Of a DNA stretch of 64,000 bases, positions 16,366-25,303 are shown one piece after another. This DNA comes from an uncultured Candidatus Saccharibacteria bacterium (GTDB lineage Bacteria > Patescibacteriota > Minisyncoccia > Minisyncoccales > GWA2-38-27): NCBI GenBank assembly GCA_964509645.1, contig CAZDXV010000002.1:1934-65933 (forward strand), in the 5' to 3' direction. Made by a program: the position numbers and the translations under genes. Every line of letters starts with the position of its first letter. Position 1 is the stretch's first letter. The notes under the pieces were generated by a model. It worked only from the letters and a program-made list of their open reading frames with translations, was not told the DNA's origin and did no database searches.

Positions 16366-16449
16366 TGGGCAGGGAGGGATTTGCACCCCCGAAGGTCAGA
16401 GACCGTCGGATTTACAGTCCGATGCCTTTGTCTGCTCAGCCACCTGCCC
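16366..16449 (-). tRNA. tRNA-Tyr (anticodon GTA), class II long variable arm; atypical A18 and G55
   Basis: Hand fold: GGGCAGG acceptor, D-loop AGCAGACAA, anticodon loop CTGTAAA, long variable arm, T-arm GGGGG-TGCAAAT-CCCTC, discriminator A. Confidence 0.85.
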
Positions 16450-16479
16450 AATGTCTCTAATAGTTTACCAGAAAGGAAG

Positions 16480-17151
16480 TTATTTTTCAATAACTTTTCC
16501 GTGTTTCTTTTTCCATTCTTTTATTTTCTTGTGATTCCCAGATAAAAGAACTTTTGGAACCTTCCATTTAATGCCTTTTTTAGGTTCATATATTTCAGGT
16601 CTTGTATATTGGGGGTATTCTATAAATCCTTTTGATTTAGTTATTCGTTCTTTTAATAACTCGGGCTTTCCTATAACGCCGGGGACCAGCCTAGAAACGG
16701 CTTCAACTACGATCATGGCAGGAAGCTCCCCTCCCATCAAAACATAATCCCCTATTGAAAGCTCCGTATCAGCTATATTTTTAGCCACCCTTTCATCTAC
16801 TCCTTCATACCTCCCGCATATTAGAATAAGCTGGTCTAGCTTGGAAAACTGAGTAGCTATTTTCTGGTTAAACTTTTTTCCTCTTGGAGATAAAAGAACA
16901 ACCTTCCTCTTTTTTTTCTTTTTCAAGCTTTTTACTGCCTTGTCTATGGGACCCACTCTCATTACCATTCCAATTCCCCCGCCAAAAGGACGATCATCAA
17001 CTGACTTGTGATTGTCTTTTGTCCAATCTCTTAAATCATAAATATTAATATCAAGCAGCCCTTTTTCTTGGGCTTTTTTAATTAAACTTTCGTTGAAATA
17101 AGGTTCAAATACTTTTGGAAAAATTGTAAAAATATCAAACTTCATAATCAT
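16480..17151 (-). CDS. trmD: tRNA (guanine37-N1)-methyltransferase TrmD
   Basis: MKFDIFTIFP start, DDRPFGGGIGMVM, CGRYEGVDERV and GGELPAM motifs. Confidence 0.95.
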   Translation of the reverse strand: MIMKFDIFTIFPKVFEPYFNESLIKKAQEKGLLDINIYDLRDWTKDNHKSVDDRPFGGGIGMVMRVGPIDKAVKSLKKKKKRKVVLLSPRGKKFNQKIATQFSKLDQLILICGRYEGVDERVAKNIADTELSIGDYVLMGGELPAMIVVEAVSRLVPGVIGKPELLKERITKSKGFIEYPQYTRPEIYEPKKGIKWKVPKVLLSGNHKKIKEWKKKHGKVIEK

Positions 17152-17182
17152 TAAAACAAACGATGCTACCTCAATGGTAGCA
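17152..17182 (-). terminator. Weak intra-operon hairpin/terminator between the KH gene and trmD
   Basis: Stem tgctacc/ggtagca, 5-nt loop, then TCGTTTGTTTT on the minus strand. Confidence 0.35.
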
Positions 17183-17216
17183 CCGCCTGTTTCCTAAGTA
17201 AATACTAACTAAACAA

Positions 17217-17546
17217 TTAAATCTTTAAATCTTCTAAGCTTTCAGAAGATTCAGAAGATTCTTTTTCTCCTTGAGAAGATGCTTTCCTGCCGCCTTCTGG
17301 CTCTTCGATCTTCAGGTTAACTCTGGCATGGTTTTTAAGCCCAATAATTCTTACCAAAGTCCTAATAGCTCGAGCAGTAGAACCCTGGCGACCAATAATC
17401 TGACCCATGTCTTCGGGGTTTACTTTTAAAGTAAGCAAAACTCCCATTTCATCGACTTTTCTGTCGATTTTGACATCATCAGGATTATCAACCAAAGTCT
17501 TTACAACGTACTCAAGAAACTCCTTATCAGTTTCGTCCTTGGCCAT
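17217..17546 (-). CDS. KH-domain RNA-binding protein (KhpA/YlqC-like) with Ser/Glu-rich tail
   Basis: GxxG motif IIGRQGSTARAIRTL. Position between rpsP and trmD. Confidence 0.85.
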   Translation of the reverse strand: MAKDETDKEFLEYVVKTLVDNPDDVKIDRKVDEMGVLLTLKVNPEDMGQIIGRQGSTARAIRTLVRIIGLKNHARVNLKIEEPEGGRKASSQGEKESSESSESLEDLKI

Positions 17547-17639
17547 GAAATCTTTAATTCTATCATTTATCTTTTGTAATCGACCTTTCCCTTCTAGATC
17601 CTCTTTCCTTCAGAGAATCCATGATAAGGTACTGTCCCT

Positions 17640-17668
17640 ATTATATTCTATTTAAAATGATATGTCAA
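17640..17668 (-). promoter_or_regulatory. Consensus sigma70-type promoter TTGACA-17-TATAAT upstream of the KH gene
   Basis: Minus strand reads TTGACAtatcattttaaatagaaTATAAT. An approximately 95-nt leader follows. Confidence 0.6.
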
Positions 17669-17751
17669 GAAAAATGATATTACGAACTTAGTAGCGGATA
17701 CCTATCTGAACCCGGACACAACAAGGCTAACACCTGAAACTAGAAATAATT

Positions 17752-18264
17752 TTACTTTTTTTCAGGATCTTCTTTCTTTTCTTCAAGTTTATCTTGAGAA
17801 ACTTCCTCTTCCTTATTTTCAGAAGCTTTCTCTTTGTCTTTAGATTCAGTTTCTTCTTCCTGAGGTTTTTCTTCTGTTTTAGGCTCTTCTTTCTTTTCTT
17901 CTTTCGGAGCCTCTTTCTCCTCTGCTTTTTCTTCTTTAGGAGCTTCCTCTTTTTTAACTTCTTCTGCAGGCTTCTCTTCTGCTTCTTCTTTTTTCTTCTT
18001 TGTCTTATGAACAGGAAGTTTAGCTCCTGTTAGAATTCCTTCATCCACAAATAAATTATAAACTGCAGGAGAAGGCTTGGCTCCTTGAGAAAGCCATTTT
18101 TGAATCTTTTCCTTGTCCAAACTCTTGTCTTTTGTTATAGGGTTCCAAGAACCTATCTCGTCAACAAATCTCCCTCCCTGGGGAGGATTCTTTTTATCTG
18201 TTACTACTATCTTAAAAGAAGGTCTTTTCTTTTTTCCTACTCTAAAAAATCTTATAACCAACAT
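17752..18264 (-). CDS. rpsP: 30S ribosomal protein S16 with about 85-aa Lys/Glu-rich C-terminal extension
   Basis: MLVIRFFRVGKKKRPSFKIVV...GSWNP core, followed by a KEE/APKEE-rich tail. Confidence 0.9.
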   Translation of the reverse strand: MLVIRFFRVGKKKRPSFKIVVTDKKNPPQGGRFVDEIGSWNPITKDKSLDKEKIQKWLSQGAKPSPAVYNLFVDEGILTGAKLPVHKTKKKKEEAEEKPAEEVKKEEAPKEEKAEEKEAPKEEKKEEPKTEEKPQEEETESKDKEKASENKEEEVSQDKLEEKKEDPEKK

Positions 18265-18283
18265 ATTTTTTTCTATTTTAGTT

Positions 18284-18973
18284 TTACCAACCTTTTGTTT
18301 TTAATGCATTCTGGGCAGCTTTCTCCTCTGCCTCTTGCTTTGATGTCCCTTGACCTTTAGCTATCATTTTTTTATTAAGATAAACTCCTACCTGAAAACT
18401 TTTCTCGTGATCAGGGCCCCATTCTTTTAATACTTTGTAATAAGGGGTAATTCCTGTTTTCTCCTGGGCTTTTTCCTGAAAAAGAGACTTTCCTCCTTTA
18501 GACAGCCCTTCTTCTATAATACGGGGCAGCTCTTTTATTAAATGCTTCTCTAAAAACTTTCTGCAGGGATCCATTGTCTGATCTAAATACAAGCTTCCGA
18601 CAAAGGCCTCAAAGACGTTAGCTAAAATATACTGCCTTGATTTTCCAGTCTCTTTAGCTTCTCCTTGGGATAGAAGAAGGAAATCATTGAAACCCAGCTC
18701 TTCTGCCACTTTAGCTAGCATTTTGGAATTTACTAAAGCCGCTCTCCAACTCGTTAAAGCGCCTTCGGGATCTTTTGGATATTTTTTAAAAAGATACTTT
18801 GTTACAGCTAACTCTATTACAGCGTCCCCCAAAAATTCCAGTCTTTCGTTATGGTAAAGGTGAAAACCTGGATTTTCATTTAAATAAGATCTATGGGTAA
18901 AAGCTTGAATAAGCAGATCTTGATTCTTAAACTTTACTCCAAGCTTCTTTTCTAATTTTGAAAAATCTTTCAT
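18284..18973 (-). CDS. rnc: Ribonuclease III
   Basis: Signature [11 protein letters not shown] plus a C-terminal dsRBD ([10 protein letters not shown]...[18 protein letters not shown]). Confidence 0.95.
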   Translation of the reverse strand: MKDFSKLEKKLGVKFKNQDLLIQAFTHRSYLNENPGFHLYHNERLEFLGDAVIELAVTKYLFKKYPKDPEGALTSWRAALVNSKMLAKVAEELGFNDFLLLSQGEAKETGKSRQYILANVFEAFVGSLYLDQTMDPCRKFLEKHLIKELPRIIEEGLSKGGKSLFQEKAQEKTGITPYYKVLKEWGPDHEKSFQVGVYLNKKMIAKGQGTSKQEAEEKAAQNALKTKGW

Positions 18974-19395
18974 TCTTCTTTTATTTCTTTGTAAACTGTT
19001 CCCAGTACTCCATTTATAAACTTGCCAGAATTCTCCCCTCCGAAGCTTTTAGCCAATTCTATGGCCTCATTAATAGCCACTTTAGGAGGAACTTCTTCTT
19101 TATCTTCATACAGCAATTCGAAAAGACCTATCCTCAAGACATTTCTGTCCACAATGGTAATCTGATCCAAGGGCCATTCCGGAGCCGCTTTCTCTATAAC
19201 TTTGTCAATATCCTTTAAATGACCGATAACCCCGTTTATTATCTGCCAGGTAAAGTCCTCGCTTTCCAAGCCAGGCCCGAACTCCTTAAGGTTTCTTTTG
19301 ACAATATCTTCTAAAGCTCCTTCTTTTTTACCATAAAAGTCCCATTCATAGAGACTTTGCATAGCAATGCTTCTTGAAAGATGACGCGATGCCAT
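18970..19395 (-). CDS. nusB: Transcription antitermination factor NusB
   Basis: [14 protein letters not shown] start and [13 protein letters not shown] motif. 4-nt overlap with rnc. Confidence 0.85.
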   Translation of the reverse strand: MASRHLSRSIAMQSLYEWDFYGKKEGALEDIVKRNLKEFGPGLESEDFTWQIINGVIGHLKDIDKVIEKAAPEWPLDQITIVDRNVLRIGLFELLYEDKEEVPPKVAINEAIELAKSFGGENSGKFINGVLGTVYKEIKEE

Positions 19396-19396
19396 A

Positions 19397-19678
19397 TTAT
19401 TTCTTAGATAACCCTTCCATCGTTAAGGGTTTGTCTTCCTTCTCTTCTTTTTTATTTTCCATTTCTTTTTCTCTCTGTTTCTTTTCTTTTTTAGTCATTT
19501 TCTTGGTAACATCTATTACTTCGTTTTTCTTGTAATAGCCGCATTCAGAACAAACAGTATGAGGCCTAACTTTCTTTCTGCACTTAGGACAAACAGCCAA
19601 AGTAGGCTGCTTTAAATATATATGCATCCTTCTCTGGTCTCTCCTTGATTTAGTTTTTCTTTGTTTTGGTACTGCCAT
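19397..19678 (-). CDS. rpmF: 50S ribosomal protein L32 with Lys/Glu-rich C-terminal extension
   Basis: [17 protein letters not shown] start and Zn-ribbon CPKC...CSEC. Confidence 0.9.
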   Translation of the reverse strand: MAVPKQRKTKSRRDQRRMHIYLKQPTLAVCPKCRKKVRPHTVCSECGYYKKNEVIDVTKKMTKKEKKQREKEMENKKEEKEDKPLTMEGLSKK

Positions 19679-19712
19679 AACTTTTTAATCATAACAGATT
19701 GAGTAAAAATTT

Positions 19713-20312
19713 TCAACTGTTTTTGAAGGATTTCCTATGTATCTTACATAAACCATACTCTTTTATCATTCTTTTATGAAGCTTTGTACCATAACCCTTG
19801 TGCTTGTCAAAACGATAAAAGGGATACTTTTTATGATATCTTAACATAGCTCTATCTCTTACAACCTTAGCTATAACAGAAGCCAAGGCGCAAGAAAAAA
19901 CCTTTTCATCGCCCTTAATAATGCTTTTTTGGGAAATATTAATATCAATCTCAATATTCCCGTCTATAATCAAAAAATCAGCATCTTTTCTCAAGTTAAC
20001 CACAGCTCTTTTCATGGCCAAGCGAGTAGCTTCTAAAATATTGATTCTGTCTATAACTTTTTCTGAAACTCTGCCTATCCCCCACTCTATGCGAGGATCT
20101 TTTTTGGCTTTCTTAAATATTTCTTCTCTTTGAGAAAAGCTTAAATCTTTAGAGTTTTTTAGTTTAGGAAAAGAAACTTCTTTTCCTACAACTACAGCAG
20201 CTGCCACAACAGAAGAAGCCAAAGGACCTCTTCCCACCTCATCGATGCCAACAATGCTTCTAAACCCTTTTCTCCTTAATTTATTCTCTTCTCTAAAATT
20301 AGGGTATCTCAT
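19713..20312 (-). CDS. rnhB: Ribonuclease HII
   Basis: GIDEVGRGPLA motif and DSKDLS. Confidence 0.9.
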   Translation of the reverse strand: MRYPNFREENKLRRKGFRSIVGIDEVGRGPLASSVVAAAVVVGKEVSFPKLKNSKDLSFSQREEIFKKAKKDPRIEWGIGRVSEKVIDRINILEATRLAMKRAVVNLRKDADFLIIDGNIEIDINISQKSIIKGDEKVFSCALASVIAKVVRDRAMLRYHKKYPFYRFDKHKGYGTKLHKRMIKEYGLCKIHRKSFKNS

Positions 20313-20403
20313 TAATATTATCTTACAACAAAAACAAATATTAGAAAATGATTTGTTTGACTATTCTAATTTGAAAAAGTAGAATACTATAAGAAGATAA
20401 GCC

Positions 20404-23400
20404 ATGAAATTTACTCATTTACACGTTCACAGCCACTACTCTCTTTTAGACGGTCTTCCCAAAATAGACCAGCTTTTAGATTATACCAAGAAACTAGGAA
20501 TGGATTCTATCGCCCTAACAGATCACGGAGTATTATACGGAGCTGTAGAGTTTTACAAGAAAGCTAAAGAAAAAGGAATAAAGCCGATTATAGGATGCGA
20601 AGTATATACAGCCTTTGAGGAAATGCACCAAAAAAGGCCCAATATTGACCATAAAAGGTACCATTTAATACTTTTAGCTAAAAATAAAAAAGGATATGAA
20701 AATTTAGTAGAACTTGTAACAAAAGCCCACTTGGAGGGTTTTTATTACAAACCGAGAATAGACGACAAACTTCTGGAAAAGCACACCGAAGGTTTAATCT
20801 GCCTGACAGCCTGCATTCAAGGCAAGATACCCAGATTAATACTTTCCAAAAGAAAAAAAGAAGCTGAAAATTTAGCTTTAAAATATCAGAGGATGTTTGG
20901 AAAAGGAAACTTTTATCTAGAGCTTCAGAGTCATCCTCACACACCCGAGCAAAAAACTGTAAACGACAAACTTAAAGAAATAGCAAAAAAGCATAACATA
21001 CCTTTGGTGGCTACAAACGACACCCATTATTTAAAACCCGAGGACGCAGAAGCCCAAGATATTTTAATGCTTATCAACACCGGAGCTGATAAAAACGACC
21101 CTGAAAGAATAACTTTACAGTCAGACGATTTTTCTTTGAAGAAACCGGAAGAAATGATAAAAACTTTTAAAGATACGCCTGAAGCCATAAAAAACACTCA
21201 AAAGATAGCGGATGCCTGTAATTTTGAATTAGACTTGGGAAAAACAAAACTTCCCTACTTTAAAGTTCCCAACGGAAAAAGTCCTTCAGAATATCTAAAG
21301 GACCTTTGTTATCAAGGATTAAAAAAAAGATATAAAGAAACTACAAAAGAGATAAAAGAAAGATTGGAATACGAACTTTCTGTAATAAAAGAAACGGGTT
21401 TTGATTCCTACTTTTTAATTGTTCAAGATTTTGTCAACTGGGCTAAAGATAACAGAATAGTCGTGGGGCCGGGAAGAGGTTCTGCCGGAGGATCTTTAGC
21501 TTCCTATCTTTTGAACATAACTAATATTGATCCTTTAAAGCACGATCTTCTTTTTGAAAGATTTCTTAATCCTGCCAGAATCTCCATGCCCGATATTGAT
21601 TTGGATTTTACAGACAGAAGAAGAGACGAAGTTATAGAATACGTAGCTCAAAAATACGGAAGAAACAAAGTAGCTCAAATAATAACCTTTGGAACTATGG
21701 CCTCCAGGGCCGTAATAAGAGATGTGGGAAGAGCCTTGGGCTACAGCTACGACTATTGCGATCAATTGGCTAAAATGGTACCTTTTGGATTTAGTTTAAA
21801 AGATACCTTAGAGAAAGTTTCTGATTTTAAAAGAAAATACGAAACAGACGAAGAAGCAAAAAAACTAATTGATTTAGCTCAAAAACTAGAGGGAGTGGTA
21901 AGACACGCTTCAACTCACGCCTGCGGAGTAGTAATCTCAGAAGAGCCCTTAACAAAAGAGGTGCCCCTCCAGCATCCCACCCAAAACGACCAAAGCATAG
22001 TAACCCAGTATGAAATGCATGCCATAGAAGATTTGGGACTTTTAAAAATGGATTTTCTAGGACTGAAAAACCTTACTATTATAGAGGACACTTTAGCTAG
22101 AATATATGTTGTAAGAGGTGGAAAAAAAGTAGATATTGAAAATATACCCATAGACAATGAAAAAACCTATAAAATTTTGCAGGAAGGAAAAACCGCAGGA
22201 GTTTTCCAGCTTGAAGGACAGGGCATGACAAGATACCTCAAAGAATTAAAGCCTACAGAGTTTGAAGATCTAGTAACAATGATAGCTCTTTACAGGCCGG
22301 GCCCCATGGAGCTTATTCCAAGCTATATTAAAAGAAAACACGGAAAAGAAAAAGTTAATTATATTCACCCAAAACTAGAACCCATACTTAAAAACACCTA
22401 CGGGATTATGATTTTCCAGGAGCAACTTATGCAGATGGCCAGAGAAATAGCAGGGTTCTCTTTAGCTGAAGCAGATATTTTAAGAAAGGCCGTAGGGAAA
22501 AAAATAAAAAGTCTTCTTAATAGCCAGGAAAAGAAATTTATAAAGGGAGCCGTAGATAACGGTGTAGATAAAAAAATAGCTCAAAGACTTTGGCAATGGA
22601 TACTTCCTTTCGCAAGATATGGTTTTAATAAATCCCATTCTACAGCTTACGCCACAATAGCTTACCAGACAGCTTATCTTAAAGCCCATTTTCCTGTAGA
22701 GTTTATGGCCTCTCTTTTGACCTCTGAAAGAAACGATGTAGAAAAAATAGCTCATCTTATAGAAGAGTGCGAAAAAATGGATATTGAGGTTCTTCCTCCG
22801 GATATAAATGAAAGCTTGAAAAACTTTACTGTAGTACCCGAAGAAAACAAGATAAGATTCGGCCTTTGGGCAATTAAAAATGTTGGAGAAAATGTAATAG
22901 ATGCCATCGTTAAAGAGAAAAAAGAAAATGGACAATTTAAATCAATAGGAGATTTTGTAGATAGAGTTAATTCAAAAGATCTTAATAAAAGATCTCTAGA
23001 AAGTTTGATTAAGGTTGGAGCTTTTGACAAGTTGGGAGAAAGAAACGAGCTTCTCTCTAACACGGAAAGACTACTGGAAGCTTCAAGAGAAAACCAAAAA
23101 AATAAAGCCAACGGCCAGAAAGGACTTTTCGAAGGGCAATATTTCAGCTCCAACGTAAAACTTGAAAAATCACTTCCTGCCAAAAACCAAGAAAAGCTCA
23201 GCTGGGAAAAAGAATTACTCGGTCTGTATATTACTTCCCACCCCTTGGAAAATTACAAAAGCCTTCTTAAAAAAAGAGCTTTCTCTATATCTAAAATATC
23301 AGCTGACTTAGTAAACAGAAAGGTAAGAATAGGAGGAATAATATCCGAAATAAAGAAGATTCTTACTAAAAAAGGAAGCCCGATGCTTTTTATAAAAGTG

Positions 23401-23574
23401 GAAGACCTGACAAGCAAGATAGAAGTGGTGGTTTTCCCCAACCTTATCCAACAGAATCCCACCGCCTTCCAAGAAAACAAAGTAGTTCTCATATCAGGAA
23501 GGATTGACAATAGAAACGGAGATACTAAGGTGGTCGCAGAAAACATAGAGGAGATTGTTACAGAAGAAGCTTAA
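20404..23574 (+). CDS. dnaE: DNA polymerase III alpha subunit
   Basis: PHP domain FTHLHVHSHYSLLDG, PDIDLDF, FNKSHSTAYA and a C-terminal OB region. Confidence 0.95.
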   Translation: MKFTHLHVHSHYSLLDGLPKIDQLLDYTKKLGMDSIALTDHGVLYGAVEFYKKAKEKGIKPIIGCEVYTAFEEMHQKRPNIDHKRYHLILLAKNKKGYENLVELVTKAHLEGFYYKPRIDDKLLEKHTEGLICLTACIQGKIPRLILSKRKKEAENLALKYQRMFGKGNFYLELQSHPHTPEQKTVNDKLKEIAKKHNIPLVATNDTHYLKPEDAEAQDILMLINTGADKNDPERITLQSDDFSLKKPEEMIKTFKDTPEAIKNTQKIADACNFELDLGKTKLPYFKVPNGKSPSEYLKDLCYQGLKKRYKETTKEIKERLEYELSVIKETGFDSYFLIVQDFVNWAKDNRIVVGPGRGSAGGSLASYLLNITNIDPLKHDLLFERFLNPARISMPDIDLDFTDRRRDEVIEYVAQKYGRNKVAQIITFGTMASRAVIRDVGRALGYSYDYCDQLAKMVPFGFSLKDTLEKVSDFKRKYETDEEAKKLIDLAQKLEGVVRHASTHACGVVISEEPLTKEVPLQHPTQNDQSIVTQYEMHAIEDLGLLKMDFLGLKNLTIIEDTLARIYVVRGGKKVDIENIPIDNEKTYKILQEGKTAGVFQLEGQGMTRYLKELKPTEFEDLVTMIALYRPGPMELIPSYIKRKHGKEKVNYIHPKLEPILKNTYGIMIFQEQLMQMAREIAGFSLAEADILRKAVGKKIKSLLNSQEKKFIKGAVDNGVDKKIAQRLWQWILPFARYGFNKSHSTAYATIAYQTAYLKAHFPVEFMASLLTSERNDVEKIAHLIEECEKMDIEVLPPDINESLKNFTVVPEENKIRFGLWAIKNVGENVIDAIVKEKKENGQFKSIGDFVDRVNSKDLNKRSLESLIKVGAFDKLGERNELLSNTERLLEASRENQKNKANGQKGLFEGQYFSSNVKLEKSLPAKNQEKLSWEKELLGLYITSHPLENYKSLLKKRAFSISKISADLVNRKVRIGGIISEIKKILTKKGSPMLFIKVEDLTSKIEVVVFPNLIQQNPTAFQENKVVLISGRIDNRNGDTKVVAENIEEIVTEEA

Positions 23575-23577
23575 TTA

Positions 23578-23586
23578 TGATAAAAT
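23578..23586 (+). promoter_or_regulatory. Extended -10 box TGaTAAAAT, 6 nt before the thrS ATG
   Basis: Read directly: TGATAAAATcaatatATG. Confidence 0.35.
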
Positions 23587-23592
23587 CAATAT

Positions 23593-25302
23593 ATGGCCGA
23601 AATAGAAACAATTAGACATTCTTTAGCTCATATTCTAGCTAAAGCAGTAAAAGAGATATACCCTGAAACTAAGCTTGGAATAGGTCCTGCTACGGAGGAT
23701 GGTTTTTATTATGATTTCGATTTTAAAAATAATATCTCAGAAGAAGATCTTCCCAAAATAGAAAAAAGAATGAAGGAAATAATAAAAGAAAAGATTTCTT
23801 TTAAAAAAGAAAAGATTTCCGGAAAGAAAGCCAAGGAAATATTTAAGAAAGAACCGTATAAATTACAATTAATAGAGAAGCTAAAAGATGCAACCATATA
23901 CAAAAGTGGAGATTTTATAGATCTCTGCTCTGGACCTCATATAAAATCAACCAAAGAAATCGATCCTAGGGGATTTGAACTTACTAAAACAGCTGGCGCC
24001 TACTGGAAGGGAGACGAAAAAAATAAAATGCTAACGAGAATTTACGGAATAGCTTTCGAAAACAAAAAACAGCTTAAAATCCATTTAAAAAACATTGTAG
24101 AAGCGGAAAAAAGAGACCATAGAAAGCTGGGGCAAAAGCTGGAAATATTCTTATTGGATGAGGAGGTGGGATCCGGCCTTCCGATTTGGCTTCCCAAGGG
24201 AGCTGTTTTAAGAAATGAAATGGAAAAATATCTGAGAGAAGAACTGACAAAACAAGGATATAGCTGGCTTTACACTCCTCATATAGGAAAGTTAGATTTA
24301 TGGAAAAAGTCAGGACACTGGAGTTTCTATAAAGAAAACCTCTACTCCCCTATTAAAATAGACAGCGAAAAATATCTTTTAAAGCCAATGAACTGCCCTT
24401 TTCATGTCAAAGTTTACAACTCTAAAATAAGAAGCTACAGAGACCTTCCTCTTTATCTTGCTGAGCTAGGAACTGTCTATAGATATGAAAGATCGGGCAC
24501 TCTTCACGGATTAACAAGAGTAAGAGGTTTTACCCAAGATGACGCTCACGTCATTTGCACTCCCGCCCAAATAGAAAAAGAGGTATCCAAACTAGTAAAA
24601 TACGGCTTAAAAATACTTAAAGGTTTCGGATTTAAAGAATACAACATTTATCTTTCAACCCGACCCGAAAAATACGCTGGCGAACTTAAAAATTGGAAAA
24701 AAGCTACAGATACCTTAAAAAAGGTTTTGGAGAACCAAAAACTAAAATATCAAATAGATCCAGGAGGTGGCGTATTTTACGGCCCCAAAATTGATATTAA
24801 GATAAAAGACTCTTTAGACAGAGAATGGCAATGCACCACTATCCAATTTGACTTCAACCTTCCCGAAAGATTCAACATGCACTACATTGACCAGAAGGGA
24901 AATAAAAAAGAACCCTTTATGATCCACAGAGCTCTCTTGGGAAGCATTGAAAGGTTTACTGGGGTTTTAATAGAACATTATGCGGGAGCTTTCCCTTTGT
25001 GGCTTTCCCCTGTTCAAGCGCAAGTAATACCCGTTGGAGCTAATCATAGAAAATACGCAGAAAAGATAAAGGAAGAATTAAAAGAAAAAGGAATAAGAGC
25101 TGAAGCTAAAACTGAAAGAGAAACTGTTTCTAAAAAAATAAGGGAGGGAGAAGTACAAAAAATCCCCTATCTTTTGGTAGTAGGAGACGAAGAAATAGAA
25201 AAGAAATCTGTAAGGATAAGAAAAAGAGGGGAAGGAGATCTCGGCCTCGTGAAAACAGAAAAATTTATTAAAGACATAAAAAAGGAAATAGAAAATAAAT
25301 AA
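23593..25302 (+). CDS. thrS: Threonyl-tRNA synthetase lacking the N-terminal TGS domain
   Basis: Starts at the editing-domain HSLAH motif, with CSGPH. Class II core (MNCPFH, FRYERSG, GFTQDDAH) and an anticodon-binding domain. Confidence 0.95.
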   Translation: MAEIETIRHSLAHILAKAVKEIYPETKLGIGPATEDGFYYDFDFKNNISEEDLPKIEKRMKEIIKEKISFKKEKISGKKAKEIFKKEPYKLQLIEKLKDATIYKSGDFIDLCSGPHIKSTKEIDPRGFELTKTAGAYWKGDEKNKMLTRIYGIAFENKKQLKIHLKNIVEAEKRDHRKLGQKLEIFLLDEEVGSGLPIWLPKGAVLRNEMEKYLREELTKQGYSWLYTPHIGKLDLWKKSGHWSFYKENLYSPIKIDSEKYLLKPMNCPFHVKVYNSKIRSYRDLPLYLAELGTVYRYERSGTLHGLTRVRGFTQDDAHVICTPAQIEKEVSKLVKYGLKILKGFGFKEYNIYLSTRPEKYAGELKNWKKATDTLKKVLENQKLKYQIDPGGGVFYGPKIDIKIKDSLDREWQCTTIQFDFNLPERFNMHYIDQKGNKKEPFMIHRALLGSIERFTGVLIEHYAGAFPLWLSPVQAQVIPVGANHRKYAEKIKEELKEKGIRAEAKTERETVSKKIREGEVQKIPYLLVVGDEEIEKKSVRIRKRGEGDLGLVKTEKFIKDIKKEIENK

Positions 25303-25303
25303 C

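Noticed and set aside
16327-16545. 72-aa plus-strand ORF
   Set aside because: It overlaps tRNA-Thr and tRNA-Tyr in antisense and runs into trmD. It has no coding signal of its own.
17752-18009. Treating the KE-coding repeats (and ttcagaagat x2 at about 17241-17262) as tandem DNA repeats or a CRISPR-like array
   Set aside because: These are imperfect, in-frame low-complexity coding repeats without spacer structure. No CRISPR-type repeat-spacer array is visible anywhere in the window.
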